Assembly: GCA_015134375.1 (NCBI GenBank)
Contig: CP043980.1
Coordinates: 96,384 to 160,383, forward strand
Length of the DNA: 64,000 nt
DNA from: Candidatus Stammera capleta
GTDB lineage: Bacteria; Pseudomonadota; Gammaproteobacteria; Enterobacterales; Enterobacteriaceae
Reading direction: 5' to 3'
Shown here: in pieces, positions 44,278 to 56,203 of the stretch
Position numbering within the stretch: the stretch's first letter is position 1
How the letters are laid out: each line of letters starts with the position of its first letter
The notes under the pieces: model-generated
What the model was told of the DNA's origin: nothing
Seen by the model: only the letters and a program-made list of their open reading frames with translations
The model's database searches: none
Translations under genes and position numbers: made by a program

Positions 44278-46020
44278 ATGTCATATATTTCTCGTTTGTT
44301 TATTGATAAATTATTATCTATAACAGATATTGTCAATATTATTTCATCTAAAATATCTATTTTTAGAATAGGTAATTATTATAAATCATTTTGTCCTTTT
44401 CATGAAGAAAAAAATCCTTCTTTTATTATTAATAAACATAAACAATATTTTTATTGTTTTGGGTGTAAATCATATGGTAATGTAATTAGTTTTTTAATGA
44501 AAATTAATAATTATAATTTTATTGATGCTATAAAAGAATTATGTAATATTAATAATATATCTATTGAAAATTATAATTTTAATTGTAATATTAATTATGA
44601 TAAAAAAAGAGAATTATATTTTAAATTAACTTTAAATTTTAATAAAATTTATATTAAGTCTTTATTTTTTAATTTAAATATTAATTATATTAAAAAATTT
44701 TTTATAAGTAGAAATATAGATTATAAAAGTATACATAATTTTTCTATAGGTTTTTCATGAAATATTTTAGTTAATAAATTTATATATAATTTAAATAAAA
44801 AATATAAAAAATTTTTATTCAAATTAGGTTTTTTAATTAAAGATAAAAATGGTAATTTTTTAGATAGGTTATATAATAGAATAGTATTTCCTATTTATGA
44901 TTTAAAAGGTAATATTATAGCTTTTGGTGGAAGATGTTTATTTAATAATAAATTTTTTTGTAAGTATATAAATTCTAGTAATAATATTTATTTTACTAAA
45001 AGTAAATGTTTATTTAATTTATTTAATATTATTAAAAATAATAATAAATTAGATAAAATTTTAGTTGTTGAAGGTTATATAGATGTTATTATGTTATCTA
45101 AATATGGAATTAATTATAGTGTAGCTTTATTAGGTTCTAATATATCTAAATATCAAATAGATATTTTATATTTTTATACTAATAAAATAATATTTTGTTT
45201 TGATGGTGATAAATCTGATTATTCATTTATAAAAAATATAATTTATTTATTAATTTCTTATGTAAATGAAAATAAAATGTTTTTTTTTATTTTTTTACCT
45301 ATAGGTGAAGATCCAGATTCTTTAATTAGAAAAGAAGGTAAAATATTATTTGAAAATAGAATTAATAATGCGTTATCTATTTTTGATGTAATATTTAAAG
45401 TTTTTTCAGTTAATAATTTATATACATATACTGAACAAATTCATTTTATATCTTCTTTGATGCCTATTATATATAAAATAAATTGTCCTATAATAAAAAA
45501 TTATTTTAGATTAAAAATTAGTAATAAAATAGGAATATTAAATGATAAATTTTTAGAAAAGTATTTATTATTAAAAACAAATAAAAAAAATAAAAAAGTT
45601 AAAATTACTATAATAAGATGTTTAATAAGTTTATTATTAAAATATCCTTATTTATCTTATAATGTTAATTTATATGATAAATTGTTTATAAATAAAAATA
45701 TTATTCCAGGTTTATTATTATTTTTGGATATTGTTAATTTATGTATTAATAATAAAAATATTACTATATATGAAATTTTATATAAGTATAAAAATTCTAA
45801 TATAAAAATTTATTTAATTAAATTATTTTTATGAAATTATTTTCCTAAAAAAATTAATTGTAATTTAATATTTAATGATGCTTTAATTAAATTAAAATTA
45901 TTTATTATTAAAAATATATTAAAAAAATTATTAATTAATAATAATAATTTATATGAATTAAGTTTAAATCAAAAAATAAAAATATGAAATTTAATTAAAT
46001 TAAAAAAATTAAATTTTTAA
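44278..46020 (+). CDS. dnaG: DNA primase
   Basis: Zinc finger CPFHEEKNPSFIIN..FYCFGCKSYGN. RNAP/Toprim region DRLYNRIVFPIYDLKGNIIAFGGR, LVVEGYIDVIML, CFDGDKSD. Track ORFs 44278.. and 45091.. are in one frame. The gene ends at TAA 46018-46020 (580 aa). Confidence 0.92.
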
Positions 46021-46054
46021 TTTTTTTTATTTATTTATAATTATTTATTTTAAT

Positions 46055-47869
46055 ATGAAAAAAAAAATAAAATCTCAAATATATTTATTAGTTTCTGAAA
46101 ATAAAAAAAATGGATATATAACTTATTCTCAAATTAATAAAAAATTATCATTTTTAAAAAAAATAAGTACTAATAAATATTTAAAAATAGTTAAAACAAT
46201 AAATAATTTAGGTGTTACTGTAATAGATGATTATGATAATTATAAATTAAATAATTTATTGTTAAATAAAAATATTAATAATTCTGAAAATAAGATAATT
46301 AATTTATCTAAAAAAAATATTGATAATAAAAATATTGATACAATAAAAATGTATATGAAAGAAATGGGTAATATTGAATTATTAACTAGAGAAGATGAAA
46401 TTAATATTTCTAAAGAAATAGAGTTTAATATTAATAATATACAATTTAATTTATCTAAAAATTTATATTTAATAAAATATTTTCTAAATGAATATAATTT
46501 AGTAAAAAAAAAAAAAAAGAAAATATCTGATTTAATTATTGGTTATATTGATTATAAAAGAAATTATAATATTATATTTAATAATAAATATTATAATAAT
46601 TTTAATTTATATTTAAAGAATTTTAATAATTTTGATATTATAAGTGTTGATATTAATAAAATTAATGAATTTTTAATAGATAAAAAATTTGAATATTTAA
46701 TTTATCAAAATAATAAAGTTAATAGATTTATTAAAAAATATAATTTTGAACATCCTTATACTAAATTTGAAATTAATAAATTAATTAGTATTTTTATGAC
46801 TTTTAAATTATCTCCTAAAATATTTAATTTATTATTATTGAAATTTAAAGATATATTAAAAAAAATATTTATATTAAAAGATAATATAATTAATATTTGT
46901 ATTAAAAAAAGTTTTATGCCTGAAAATATTTTTATTAGTTTATTTTCTAAGTATTATTTTAATAATATTTGATTATTTAAAGCTATTAAAATGAATAAAT
47001 TTTGATCTTTAAATTTAATAAAATTTAAATTAAATATTTTAAATATAATTAAATGTTTAAATAATTTGGAGATAAAAAATGGATTAAATATTAATAATAT
47101 ATTAAGAATTAATAAATTAATAAATAAAAGTAAATTAAATATTAAAAATTCTAAAAAAAAAATGGTAGAAGCTAATTTAAGATTAGTAATATCTATAGCT
47201 AAAAAATATACTAATAGAGGATTACAATTTTTAGATTTAATTCAAGAAGGTAATATAGGATTAATGAAAGCTGTTGATAAATTTGAATATAAAAGAGGTT
47301 ATAAATTTTCTACTTATGCTACTTGGTGAATACGTCAGGCTATTACTAGATCAATAGCAGATCAAGCTAGAACTATAAGAATACCTGTTCATATGATTGA
47401 AACAATTAATAAATTAAATAGAATTTCTAGACAAATTTTACAAGAAATAGGTAGGGAACCTACTACAGAAGAATTATCTAATAGAATGTTAATTTCTGAG
47501 GATAAAATACGTAAAATATTAAAAATTTCTAAAGAACCAATATCTATGGAAACTCCTATTAATGATGATGATGATTTGCATTTAGGAGATTTTATTGAAG
47601 ATTCTTCTTTAGAATTACCATTAGATTCTGCTACTTCAGATAGTTTAAAATCTGTTACTAATAATATATTATCTAGCCTAACTCCTAGGGAAGCTAAGGT
47701 GTTAAGAATGCGTTTTGGTATAGATATGAATAGTGATCATACTTTAGAAGAAGTTGGAAAACAATTTGATGTTACTAGAGAACGTATTAGACAAATTGAA
47801 GCTAAAGCTTTGAGAAAATTACGTCATCCTAGTAGATCTGATATATTACGTGGTTTTTTAGATGATTAA
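46055..47869 (+). CDS. rpoD: RNA polymerase sigma factor RpoD
   Basis: Track ORFs 46055.., 47066.. and 47393.. share one frame. Regions 2-4 closely match E. coli sigma70 ([83 protein letters not shown]). WW is encoded as TGG TGA (47324-47329). The N-terminal ~330 aa are highly degenerate. Confidence 0.96.
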
Positions 47870-47874
47870 TTAAT

Positions 47875-48450
47875 ATGGAGTGTATAAATTATATGTTAAA
47901 TGATTTTTTAAATGATATAAATAATAAGATGAATGATTGTTTGGTTAATTTTAATAATAAAATATCTGATTTTAATGTAAATAATAATATTAATTTAAAT
48001 TTAATTTATAATTTATGTATTAATTATTATGGTAATAATATTAAATTAAATAAATTAATTAATATAGTAGTAAATGATAATAATAGTTTAAAAATTTCTT
48101 TATTTGATAAAAATATTAAAAATAAAGTTAGAAATGTAATTGAAAGTTTAAATTTAAATATAACCTCTAATTTAGATGGTGATGACATAATAATTAATTT
48201 ACCTATTATTACTGAAGATTATAGAAGAAATATATTAAATTTATTAAAAAAACAATTAGAGTTATTTAAAATAAATATTAGAAATATTAGGTGTTTTTTT
48301 AGAAAAAAGTTTATTAATTTATTAAAAAGTAATATATTAAGTAAAAATGATAATAATATTTTAATTAATAAATTAGATAAAATTACTTTAAATTATATTA
48401 ATTTATTAATATTAAATTTTAACAAAAAAAAAAAAAATATTTTAAATTAA
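47875..48450 (+). CDS. frr: ribosome recycling factor
   Basis: It is collinear with E. coli RRF: ..INYYGNNIKLNKLINIVVNDNNSLKISLFDKN.., LNLNITSNLDGDDIIINLPIITEDYRRNILNLLKKQLE..KINIRNIR. Confidence 0.8.
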   Translation: MECINYMLNDFLNDINNKMNDCLVNFNNKISDFNVNNNINLNLIYNLCINYYGNNIKLNKLINIVVNDNNSLKISLFDKNIKNKVRNVIESLNLNITSNLDGDDIIINLPIITEDYRRNILNLLKKQLELFKINIRNIRCFFRKKFINLLKSNILSKNDNNILINKLDKITLNYINLLILNFNKKKKNILN

Positions 48451-48490
48451 TTTATATTTTATTTAAAATATATATATGTATTAAATTTTT

Positions 48491-50716
48491 ATGATTATTA
48501 ATATATTTATTATACTATTATTTTTTTTTAATTTAAATTTTGTTTTTTCTAAAAATTTAATATATAAAAAATTATATATATTTTCTAATTATAATAATAA
48601 TTCTATATATTTTAATTTATTAAATAGTAAATTTAAAAATAATTTATTTTTAATTAATATTAAAAATATATTTAATTTTTTATATAACATAAATATTTTT
48701 TCTTTTATTAAAGTTTTTAAATATAAATATAATTTATATATTTTTCTTAAAAAAAAATATATTATAAATAATATATTTTTAAAAGATAATTTTTTATATT
48801 ATGATAAAAAATATATATTAAGTTTATTAAATTATTTTTATATTAAAAAAAATTACTATTTTAATAATATTTTTTTGTTAAATTTAAGAAAATTTTTAAT
48901 TAAAAAATATAAATTTTACTATATAAATATATATATAAATAAAATTATATTTAATAATTTTATTAATTTAAATATTTATATTAATAAAAATTATATTTAT
49001 ATTAATAAATTAAATATATATGGTGGTAAATTTTTTAATAATAATAATTTTTTATTTTCATATGTATTAAAAAATTTATATTTATGTAAAGTTTTAAATA
49101 AAAAAAAATTTTTATTTAATTTAAATTATATTAAAAATATATATTTTAATTATGGTTTTTTTAATGTTAATATAATAATAAAAAAAAAATTAATATATAA
49201 AAATTTTTTTAATATAAATATATATATTAAAGAATATGATAGGTATTTTTTTAAAGATTTATTAATATTAAGTAATATACCAAAATTTAATTTTTTATTA
49301 AATAAATTTAGGTATAAATTTTTAGAAAATAATTTATATTTTAATAATATATCATTGAGATCTTTAATATATAAAATTAATTTTTATTTTAAAAAAAAAG
49401 GATATTTAAATATTATTATTAATTTAAAAATGGAAAAAATTTATAAAAATAAATTATTTGTTTTAATTTATTTTAAATTTAAAAAAATTTTTAATATTAA
49501 AAATATTATATTAAATAATTTATATTATTATGATTTATTAAATTTTAATATATTAAATGTTAATAAAAATATTTTTAATAAATATTTATATGATAAGTTA
49601 TTTTTTAATATTAAAAATATTAATTTTATAGATAATATAAATAAATATATTTATTTTTATAAAAATAATTTAAATATTATTTTTGATTTAAAATATAAAA
49701 ACAATATTTTTAATTTTGATTTTAGTCTTAATAAATTAGGTAGTTTTAATTATCAATTTATTTTATCTAAAAGAAATATTTTAAAATTAAATAATAAAAT
49801 TTTTTTAAATATTTCTAAAGAAAATGAAATTAATTATAGTAGTTTAAATTTAGTTTTTAATTTATTTAAAAATATTTGTTTAAATAATAAGTTTTTTTAT
49901 AATATTATTAAAATAAATAAAAAAATATTATTTAATAATTTATTTTATAAAAATTTTTATGGTATTAATACATTTATATTATTTAATTTAAAAAATATTA
50001 TTTATAAATTTAGTATTAAATATATTAATAAAATGTATAGTTATAATTTTTTAAATTTAAGAAATTTTTTTAATTTAAATAATAATAGCATTTTATATTT
50101 AAATAATAATTTTATAATTAATAAATTAAATAATTTTTATTTAAAAAAAAATTTTTATATTTATTTAAAAAGCAAAATTTCTTTATCTTTATTTAATAAA
50201 TATAATTATTTTTATAATTTTATATTTAAAAAAAATTTAAATTTTTTAAAAAATAATAATATATTTTTTTTTATAAATATTTTTTATCAAATATTTAATA
50301 ATGTTGATAATAAATATTTTTATTTAAAATTAAACAATAATTATTTAAAAGGTTTTAATTTTAAAAATTTATTTGAATTAAATAATAATAATAATTTTAA
50401 TTTTAAAAATATATTTAATAATTTTAATAATAATAGTTTATTTTTTTTTAATATTGATTTAGATATTAATAAAATTATTTTTAAAAATATTTTTTATAAT
50501 TATTTTAAAATTTTATTTTATTTAAATTTTGGTTTTTTAAATAAGAATTTTAATTTTTATAATAATATTAATTTTTTTAAAATTTCTTCAGGAATTTTAT
50601 TTAAAATTTTAACACCTTTAGGATATTTAAATTTATCTTATAATTTACCTATAATAAAAAGTTTAGATGATAATTTTAATTATTTTAAATTCTATATAAA
50701 TAATAATATTTATTAA
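48491..50716 (+). CDS. bamA: outer membrane protein assembly factor BamA (extremely degenerate)
   Basis: A 741-codon uninterrupted ORF with a signal-peptide-like N-terminus (MIINIFIILLFFFNLNFVFSKN) and an aromatic C-terminal residue (..FYINNNIY). Its size and its position between frr and dnaE match the E. coli map. The sequence is almost entirely N/I/K/F/L/Y, so homology could not be verified by eye. Confidence 0.55.
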   Translation: MIINIFIILLFFFNLNFVFSKNLIYKKLYIFSNYNNNSIYFNLLNSKFKNNLFLINIKNIFNFLYNINIFSFIKVFKYKYNLYIFLKKKYIINNIFLKDNFLYYDKKYILSLLNYFYIKKNYYFNNIFLLNLRKFLIKKYKFYYINIYINKIIFNNFINLNIYINKNYIYINKLNIYGGKFFNNNNFLFSYVLKNLYLCKVLNKKKFLFNLNYIKNIYFNYGFFNVNIIIKKKLIYKNFFNINIYIKEYDRYFFKDLLILSNIPKFNFLLNKFRYKFLENNLYFNNISLRSLIYKINFYFKKKGYLNIIINLKMEKIYKNKLFVLIYFKFKKIFNIKNIILNNLYYYDLLNFNILNVNKNIFNKYLYDKLFFNIKNINFIDNINKYIYFYKNNLNIIFDLKYKNNIFNFDFSLNKLGSFNYQFILSKRNILKLNNKIFLNISKENEINYSSLNLVFNLFKNICLNNKFFYNIIKINKKILFNNLFYKNFYGINTFILFNLKNIIYKFSIKYINKMYSYNFLNLRNFFNLNNNSILYLNNNFIINKLNNFYLKKNFYIYLKSKISLSLFNKYNYFYNFIFKKNLNFLKNNNIFFFINIFYQIFNNVDNKYFYLKLNNNYLKGFNFKNLFELNNNNNFNFKNIFNNFNNNSLFFFNIDLDINKIIFKNIFYNYFKILFYLNFGFLNKNFNFYNNINFFKISSGILFKILTPLGYLNLSYNLPIIKSLDDNFNYFKFYINNNIY

Positions 50717-50770
50717 AAAAAATTTATATTTATTTTTTATTTTATTATTTTAATTTAACTATTTTATTTT

Positions 50771-53700
50771 ATGAGTCCTAAATTTATACATTTAAATTTA
50801 CATAGTGATTATTCTATAAGAGATGGATTATGTAAAATTGATTTATTATTAAAAAAAGTTTTAAAATTTAAAATTTGTTGTATTTCTTTAACAGATTTTT
50901 ATAGTCTTTCAGGTACAATAAAATTTGTAAATAAATGTTATTTTAATGGAATAAAACCTTTAATAGGTATAGATATTTATATATATTATAAAAAAGGTAT
51001 CAATAAAGAATCTCATTTAGTTACTATATTGGTAATGAATAAAAAAGGTTATAAAAATTTAATGAAATTAACTTCTAAATTTTTTATTTTGAATAATATA
51101 TCTAATTTAGAGAAAAATTTTATTTATTATAAATATTTGATAAAATATAATAAAGGTTTAATATTTTTATTTTATTTTGATAAATATAGTTGTATAGGTA
51201 AATATTATATTTTTAATAATTTTAATTTAATAAAAAAAATTATTTTATTTTGAAAAAAAATTTTAAATGATAGAATTTATTTTAGTATATATAGAGTATT
51301 AAATTTTAATGAAAATAATTATATTAATGATATTTTAAATTTATCTTATTATATTAAAGTACCTGTAGTTGCTACTAATAAAGTTTTATTTATTAACAAA
51401 AAAGATTATTATTTACATAAAATACGTTCATCTATATTTTATAATTGTAATTTAAAGAAAGTAGCAAATTATATTAATTATACTGAACATCAGTATTTAA
51501 AAACAGAAAATGAAATGTTAAATATATTTTCTGATATTCCTGAAGTTTTGTATAATAGTGTTCAAATTGCTAAAAGATGTAATTTAATTATTAAAAAAAA
51601 AAAATTAATATTACCTATTTTTAATATTAAAAATAATTTAAATTCTAATATATATATTAAAAATTTAACTATTAATAGTTTAAAAAAATTAAAATTAAGT
51701 AAAATTTTATTTAAAAAATATTTACTTAGATTAAAAAAAGAATTATATGTAATTAAAAAAGTTAATTTATCAAATTATTTTTTAATAGTTATGGAGTTTG
51801 TTAAATGAGCTAAATATAATAAAATACCTGTTGGTCCAGGTAGAGGTTCAGGAGCTGGTTCTTTAATAGCTTATTTATTAAATATAACAGAAATTGATCC
51901 TATAAAATATGATTTAATTTTTGAAAGATTTATAAATTTAGAAAGAATATCTATTCCTGATTTTGATATAGATTTTTGTATGAATAAAAGAGATAAAGTT
52001 ATTTGTCATATTGAAAAGTTATATGGAGAAAAATGTGTAGCTAAAATTATTACTTTTAATACTTTAACTGCAAAATCTGTTATAAGAGATGTAGGTAGAG
52101 TATTAGGATTTTCTTATTCTTTTGTAGATTATATAGCAAAATTAATACCTAATAATATAGGTATTACAATTAATAAAGCTATTTTAAAAGAAATAAAATT
52201 AAAAAAATTATATAATAGTAATTTAAATGTTAAAAAATTAATTAATATATCTAAAAAATTAGAAGGTATAATTAAAGGTATAGGTAAACATGCTGGAGGT
52301 ATAGTAATTTCTCCCAAAAATATTAATAATTATTGTCCTATATTTATAGATATAGATAATAAAAAATTAATAACTCAATTTGATAAATATGATATTGAAT
52401 ATATAGGTTTAGTTAAATTTGATCTTTTAGGTTTAAGAACATTAACAGTGATAGATAGTTGTTTAAATTTAATTTATAATCGTTATAAATTAAATATAGA
52501 TATAAATAATATATATTTAAAAGATAAATTAAGTTTTTCTTTATTAAAAAATGCTAATACTGTAGCTGTATTTCAATTAGAATCTAAAGGAATTAGAAAT
52601 TTAATTAGAAAATTAAAACCTGATAATTTTGAAGATATAATAGCATTATTAGCTTTGTATAGACCTGGACCTTTAAAATCTGGTATGGTAGAAAATTTTA
52701 TAAATAGAAAAAATGGTATGGAATTAATATATTATCCTAATAAAAAATTACATCATAAGCTTCTTAAACCTATATTAAAATGTACTTATGGAATAATTTT
52801 ATATCAAGAGCAAATTATGGAAATATCTAGAATTTTGGCTAATTATAATTTAGGTTTAGCTGATATTTTAAGAAGAGTAATAAGTTCTAAAGATAATAAA
52901 AGAGAAATAAAATATCATAAAAAAATGTTTAAAAAAGGTTCAAAAATTTTAGGAATAAATGTTAATTTTTCTTTAGAAATATTTTCTTTAATAAAAAAAT
53001 CTTCAGGTTATGGTTTTAATAAATCACATTCTGTTTCTTATGCTTTTATAGCATATCAAACTCTTTGATTAAAATCTAATTATTTATGTGAATTTATTGT
53101 TTCTGTAATTAATACAGATATAGATAATATTAATAAAGTTAAATTAATGATATTAGAATCTAAAAAAAATAATATTAATATTATATATCCTAATATTAAT
53201 TATAGTGATTATTATTTTAAAATATATAAAAATTCTATTGTTTATGGTTTAGGTGCAATTAAAGGTTTAGGAAAAAATTCAATTAAGAATATAATTAAAA
53301 TTAGAAATAAATTTGGTTTATTTAAAGATTTTATTAATTTTTGTATTTTAAATTTTAAAAATAAATTATCTAAATTAACTTTAGAAAGTTTAATTTTTTC
53401 TGGTTGTTTTGATTTATTTAAAATTAATAGATATGTTTTAAATAAAAATATTAAAAATATTTTAAAGATTGTTGATTTTGAAAATAATAAGTTTTTATTA
53501 AAGCAAATGAGTTTATTTAATATTAATTATTTAAGTAATATTAAATTTTTTAAAAAAAAATATGATAAATTTTATAAAAAAGATTTTATTTTAAAAAAAG
53601 AAAAAGATGTTTTGGGTTTTTATTTAACTGATAATCCTATAAATAAATATTTAAATTTTGTAAAATCTAAATATAATATTATTAATATTAATGATATTTA

Positions 53701-53974
53701 TTTATTTAAATTAAAAAAAAATTTAATTATTTATGTTATTGTAAATAGTATTAAATCTATAATAACTAAAAACAATAATATATTTTATATAGTTAATGTA
53801 AGTGATAATACTGATGAGTTAGATATTTTTATATTTAATGATTTATATTTAAAATTATCTAATTCTATTAAAATTAATGATATAATTATTGTTTATGGTT
53901 ATTTAAAAAGTTATTTAAATAATTATAATAATTTATTTATAGTTAATAAAATTATTTATTTAAATAATAAGTAA
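50771..53974 (+). CDS. dnaE: DNA polymerase III subunit alpha
   Basis: Four track ORFs (50771.., 51515.., 51980.., 53147..) share one frame and are bridged by TGA codons. Motifs: PHP N-terminus FIHLNLHSDYSIRDG, VGPGRGSGAGSLIAYLLNITEIDP, PDFDIDFC, GKHAGGIVIS, KFDLLGLRTL, LYRPGP, NKSHSVSYA. Confidence 0.95.
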
Positions 53975-54039
53975 TTTTTTAAATTTTAATTTGTTTATAA
54001 TATTATATATTATAATTTATTTTAATTTTAATAAAGTTA

Positions 54040-54255
54040 ATGTCTAGAAAATGTTTTTTAACAAATAAAAGATCTATTTTTGGTAAAAGAAGATCTCACT
54101 CAATGAATTCTTCTAATAGAAAATTTTTAACTAATTTACATTATCATAGATTTTGATTATCTGATAAAAAAAAATTTATTAGATTAAGAGTTAGTTCTAA
54201 AGCTATTAGAATTATTGATAAAAAGGGTATACAATATTTTATAAAAAAAAATTAA
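54040..54255 (+). CDS. rpmB: 50S ribosomal protein L28
   Basis: Not in the track (TGA). MSRKCFLTNKRSIFGKRRSHSMNSSNRKFLTNLHYHRFWLSDKKKFIRLRVSSKAIRIIDKKGI aligns with E. coli L28. Confidence 0.9.
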
Positions 54256-54258
54256 TAT

Positions 54259-54417
54259 ATGATTAAAAGTAAAAGAATTATAATTAAACTAATTTCTAGT
54301 TCTGGTAGTAATCATTATTATACTACTACTAAAAATAAAAATAATAATAAAATATCTATTAAAAAATATGATCCTATTATTAGAAAACATATAATTTATA
54401 ATGAATTTAAAAAATAA
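54259..54417 (+). CDS. rpmG: 50S ribosomal protein L33
   Basis: [52 protein letters not shown] aligns with E. coli L33 (..[34 protein letters not shown]). Confidence 0.9.
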   Translation: MIKSKRIIIKLISSSGSNHYYTTTKNKNNNKISIKKYDPIIRKHIIYNEFKK

Positions 54418-54454
54418 ATATTCTTCTTCTTTATTAAAAGAAGAAGAATATTTA
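54415..54454. terminator. perfect 18-bp hairpin between convergent rpmG and peroxiredoxin genes (bidirectional terminator candidate)
   Basis: TAAATATTCTTCTTCTTT (54415-54432), loop ATTA, AAAGAAGAAGAATATTTA (54437-54454). It begins in the rpmG stop codon, is followed by TTATTTT, and ends 5 nt before the stop of the minus-strand gene. Confidence 0.55.
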
Positions 54455-54459
54455 TTATT

Positions 54460-55059
54460 TTAATATAAATCTTTTATATTATTTTTTAAATAATTTTTTA
54501 TACTTTTATTATTTGGTGTAATAGTTTTTTTATTTTCTTTTCATTGTGCTGGACATAATTCTTTTTTTTCTGAATATAAATTTATAGCATCAATTAATCT
54601 TATAATTTCATTTATATTTCTTCCTATAGGTAAATCATTTATTGATATATGTCTTATTATTCTTTTTTTATCAATCAAAAAAGTTGATCTTAAAGAGAAA
54701 CTATTTTTATATCCTACTTTATATTTTTTTTGTATTTTTTTTTCTATATCAGAAATTATATCAAAATTAATATTTCCTATACCACCTTTATTTATTGGTG
54801 TTCTTTTTCAAGCCAAATGTGTATATATAGAATCTATTGAAATTCCTATTATTTTAGTATTTTTTTTTTTTAATTCTTTATATTTAAAATTTAAAGATAA
54901 TATTTCAGTTGGACATATAAATGAAAAATCTAATGGTCAAAAAAATAATATACAATTTTTGTTTTTTATTTTTTTTTTAAAATTATAATTTTTAATTATT
55001 TTATTATTTTTTGAAATTGCTTTTGAAATGAAGTTTGGAGCTTTTTTTTTTATTAACAT
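54460..55059 (-). CDS. ahpC: typical 2-Cys peroxiredoxin (AhpC/Tsa family)
   Basis: Not in the track. ..CILFFWPLDFSFICPTEIL.., IGISIDSIYTHLAW, STFLIDKKRIIRHISINDLPIGRNINEIIRLIDA, resolving Cys in ELCPAQWKE. Four TGA codons are read as Trp. Confidence 0.88.
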
Positions 55060-55162
55060 TTTATTTTATTATATTAAATTAATTTATTTATTATATTATA
55101 ATTATAATATTATTTTATATAAATTTTTTATTATTAATTATTTTTTTAATAATTATTTTTTT

Positions 55163-56152
55163 ATGAGTTATAAATTATATCCTTGGTTGAAAAATTTTTA
55201 TAATAAAATTATTTATTCTAATATTTTTGTTAATAAAAATTTTGGTTTATTAATTAATTATGATTGTTATTTAGGTGTAAATATTTTAGTTATTAATATA
55301 ATTAAATGATTATTTTGTAATTATAAATATAACAATAAATTTTGTAATAATTGTTTAAATTGTAATTTATTAAATAAAAATAATCATCCAAATTTTTTTT
55401 ATTTAAATTTTAAAAAAAATATAAAATTTGTTGATATTTTAAATATAAATGATAAATTTTATAATAATTTATATATTTCTAATTATAAAGTTATATATTT
55501 TTTAAATTTTAAATTTAACAATAAATATATAAATAATTTTTTATTAAAAATTTTAGAAGAATCTTATTATAAAGTAATAATAATTTTTACTTATTTAAGT
55601 AGTTTTAAAATACCTTTAACAATTTTAAGTAGATGTTATAAATTTAAGTTAAAAACTCCTAGTGAAAGTTATATATTAAATTTTATTTTAAATTATAAAA
55701 ATTTATATATTAATTTTAATAAAAATCAAATAATTTCTTCTATTAGATTAAGTAATTATTCACCTATATTATCTATATTTTTTTTAAATAAATTATGATA
55801 TTTTAGAAAAAAATTTATAGATAATATTGATATTTTGTTGTCAAGTAATATAAATGATGTTTTTAATTTATTAAATAATAATAATTTTATTGTTTATAAT
55901 TTATATTGGCTTTATTATTTTTTTTTGGATATTTTAAAATATTTTAAAAATAATGTTAATTTTATTTATAATATAGATTATTTATATAAAATTAAGTATT
56001 TTAAAAATTTAATTAATTATAATAAAATTTTTTTAATTTTAGATAAAATTTTATTATTTTATAATGATTTTAATAATTTTATTAATATTAATAAAAAAAT
56101 TTTAATTTTTAAAATTGTATATGATATATTTTATATATTAAATTTTAAATAA
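55163..56152 (+). CDS. holB: DNA polymerase III subunit delta'
   Basis: MSYKLYPWLKNFYNKI.. (E. coli MRWYPWLRPDFEKL), Cys cluster CNNCLNCNLLNKNNHPNF, LLKILEES, TILSRCYKF. It shares the frame of track ORFs 55028..55309 and 55835..56152. ATG 55163 was chosen because upstream codons overlap the ahpC start region. Confidence 0.8.
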
Positions 56153-56203
56153 GTTATTTATTTTATATTTTATTTTTCTTTTAAATAATAAAAAAAAAAT
56201 TAT

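Noticed and set aside
55028-55162. The N-terminal 45 codons of track ORF 55028..55309, as a longer holB.
   Set aside because: This part overlaps the start of the divergent peroxiredoxin gene and is pure low-complexity sequence. Homology to HolB (M.(K/R).YPWL) begins at ATG 55163.
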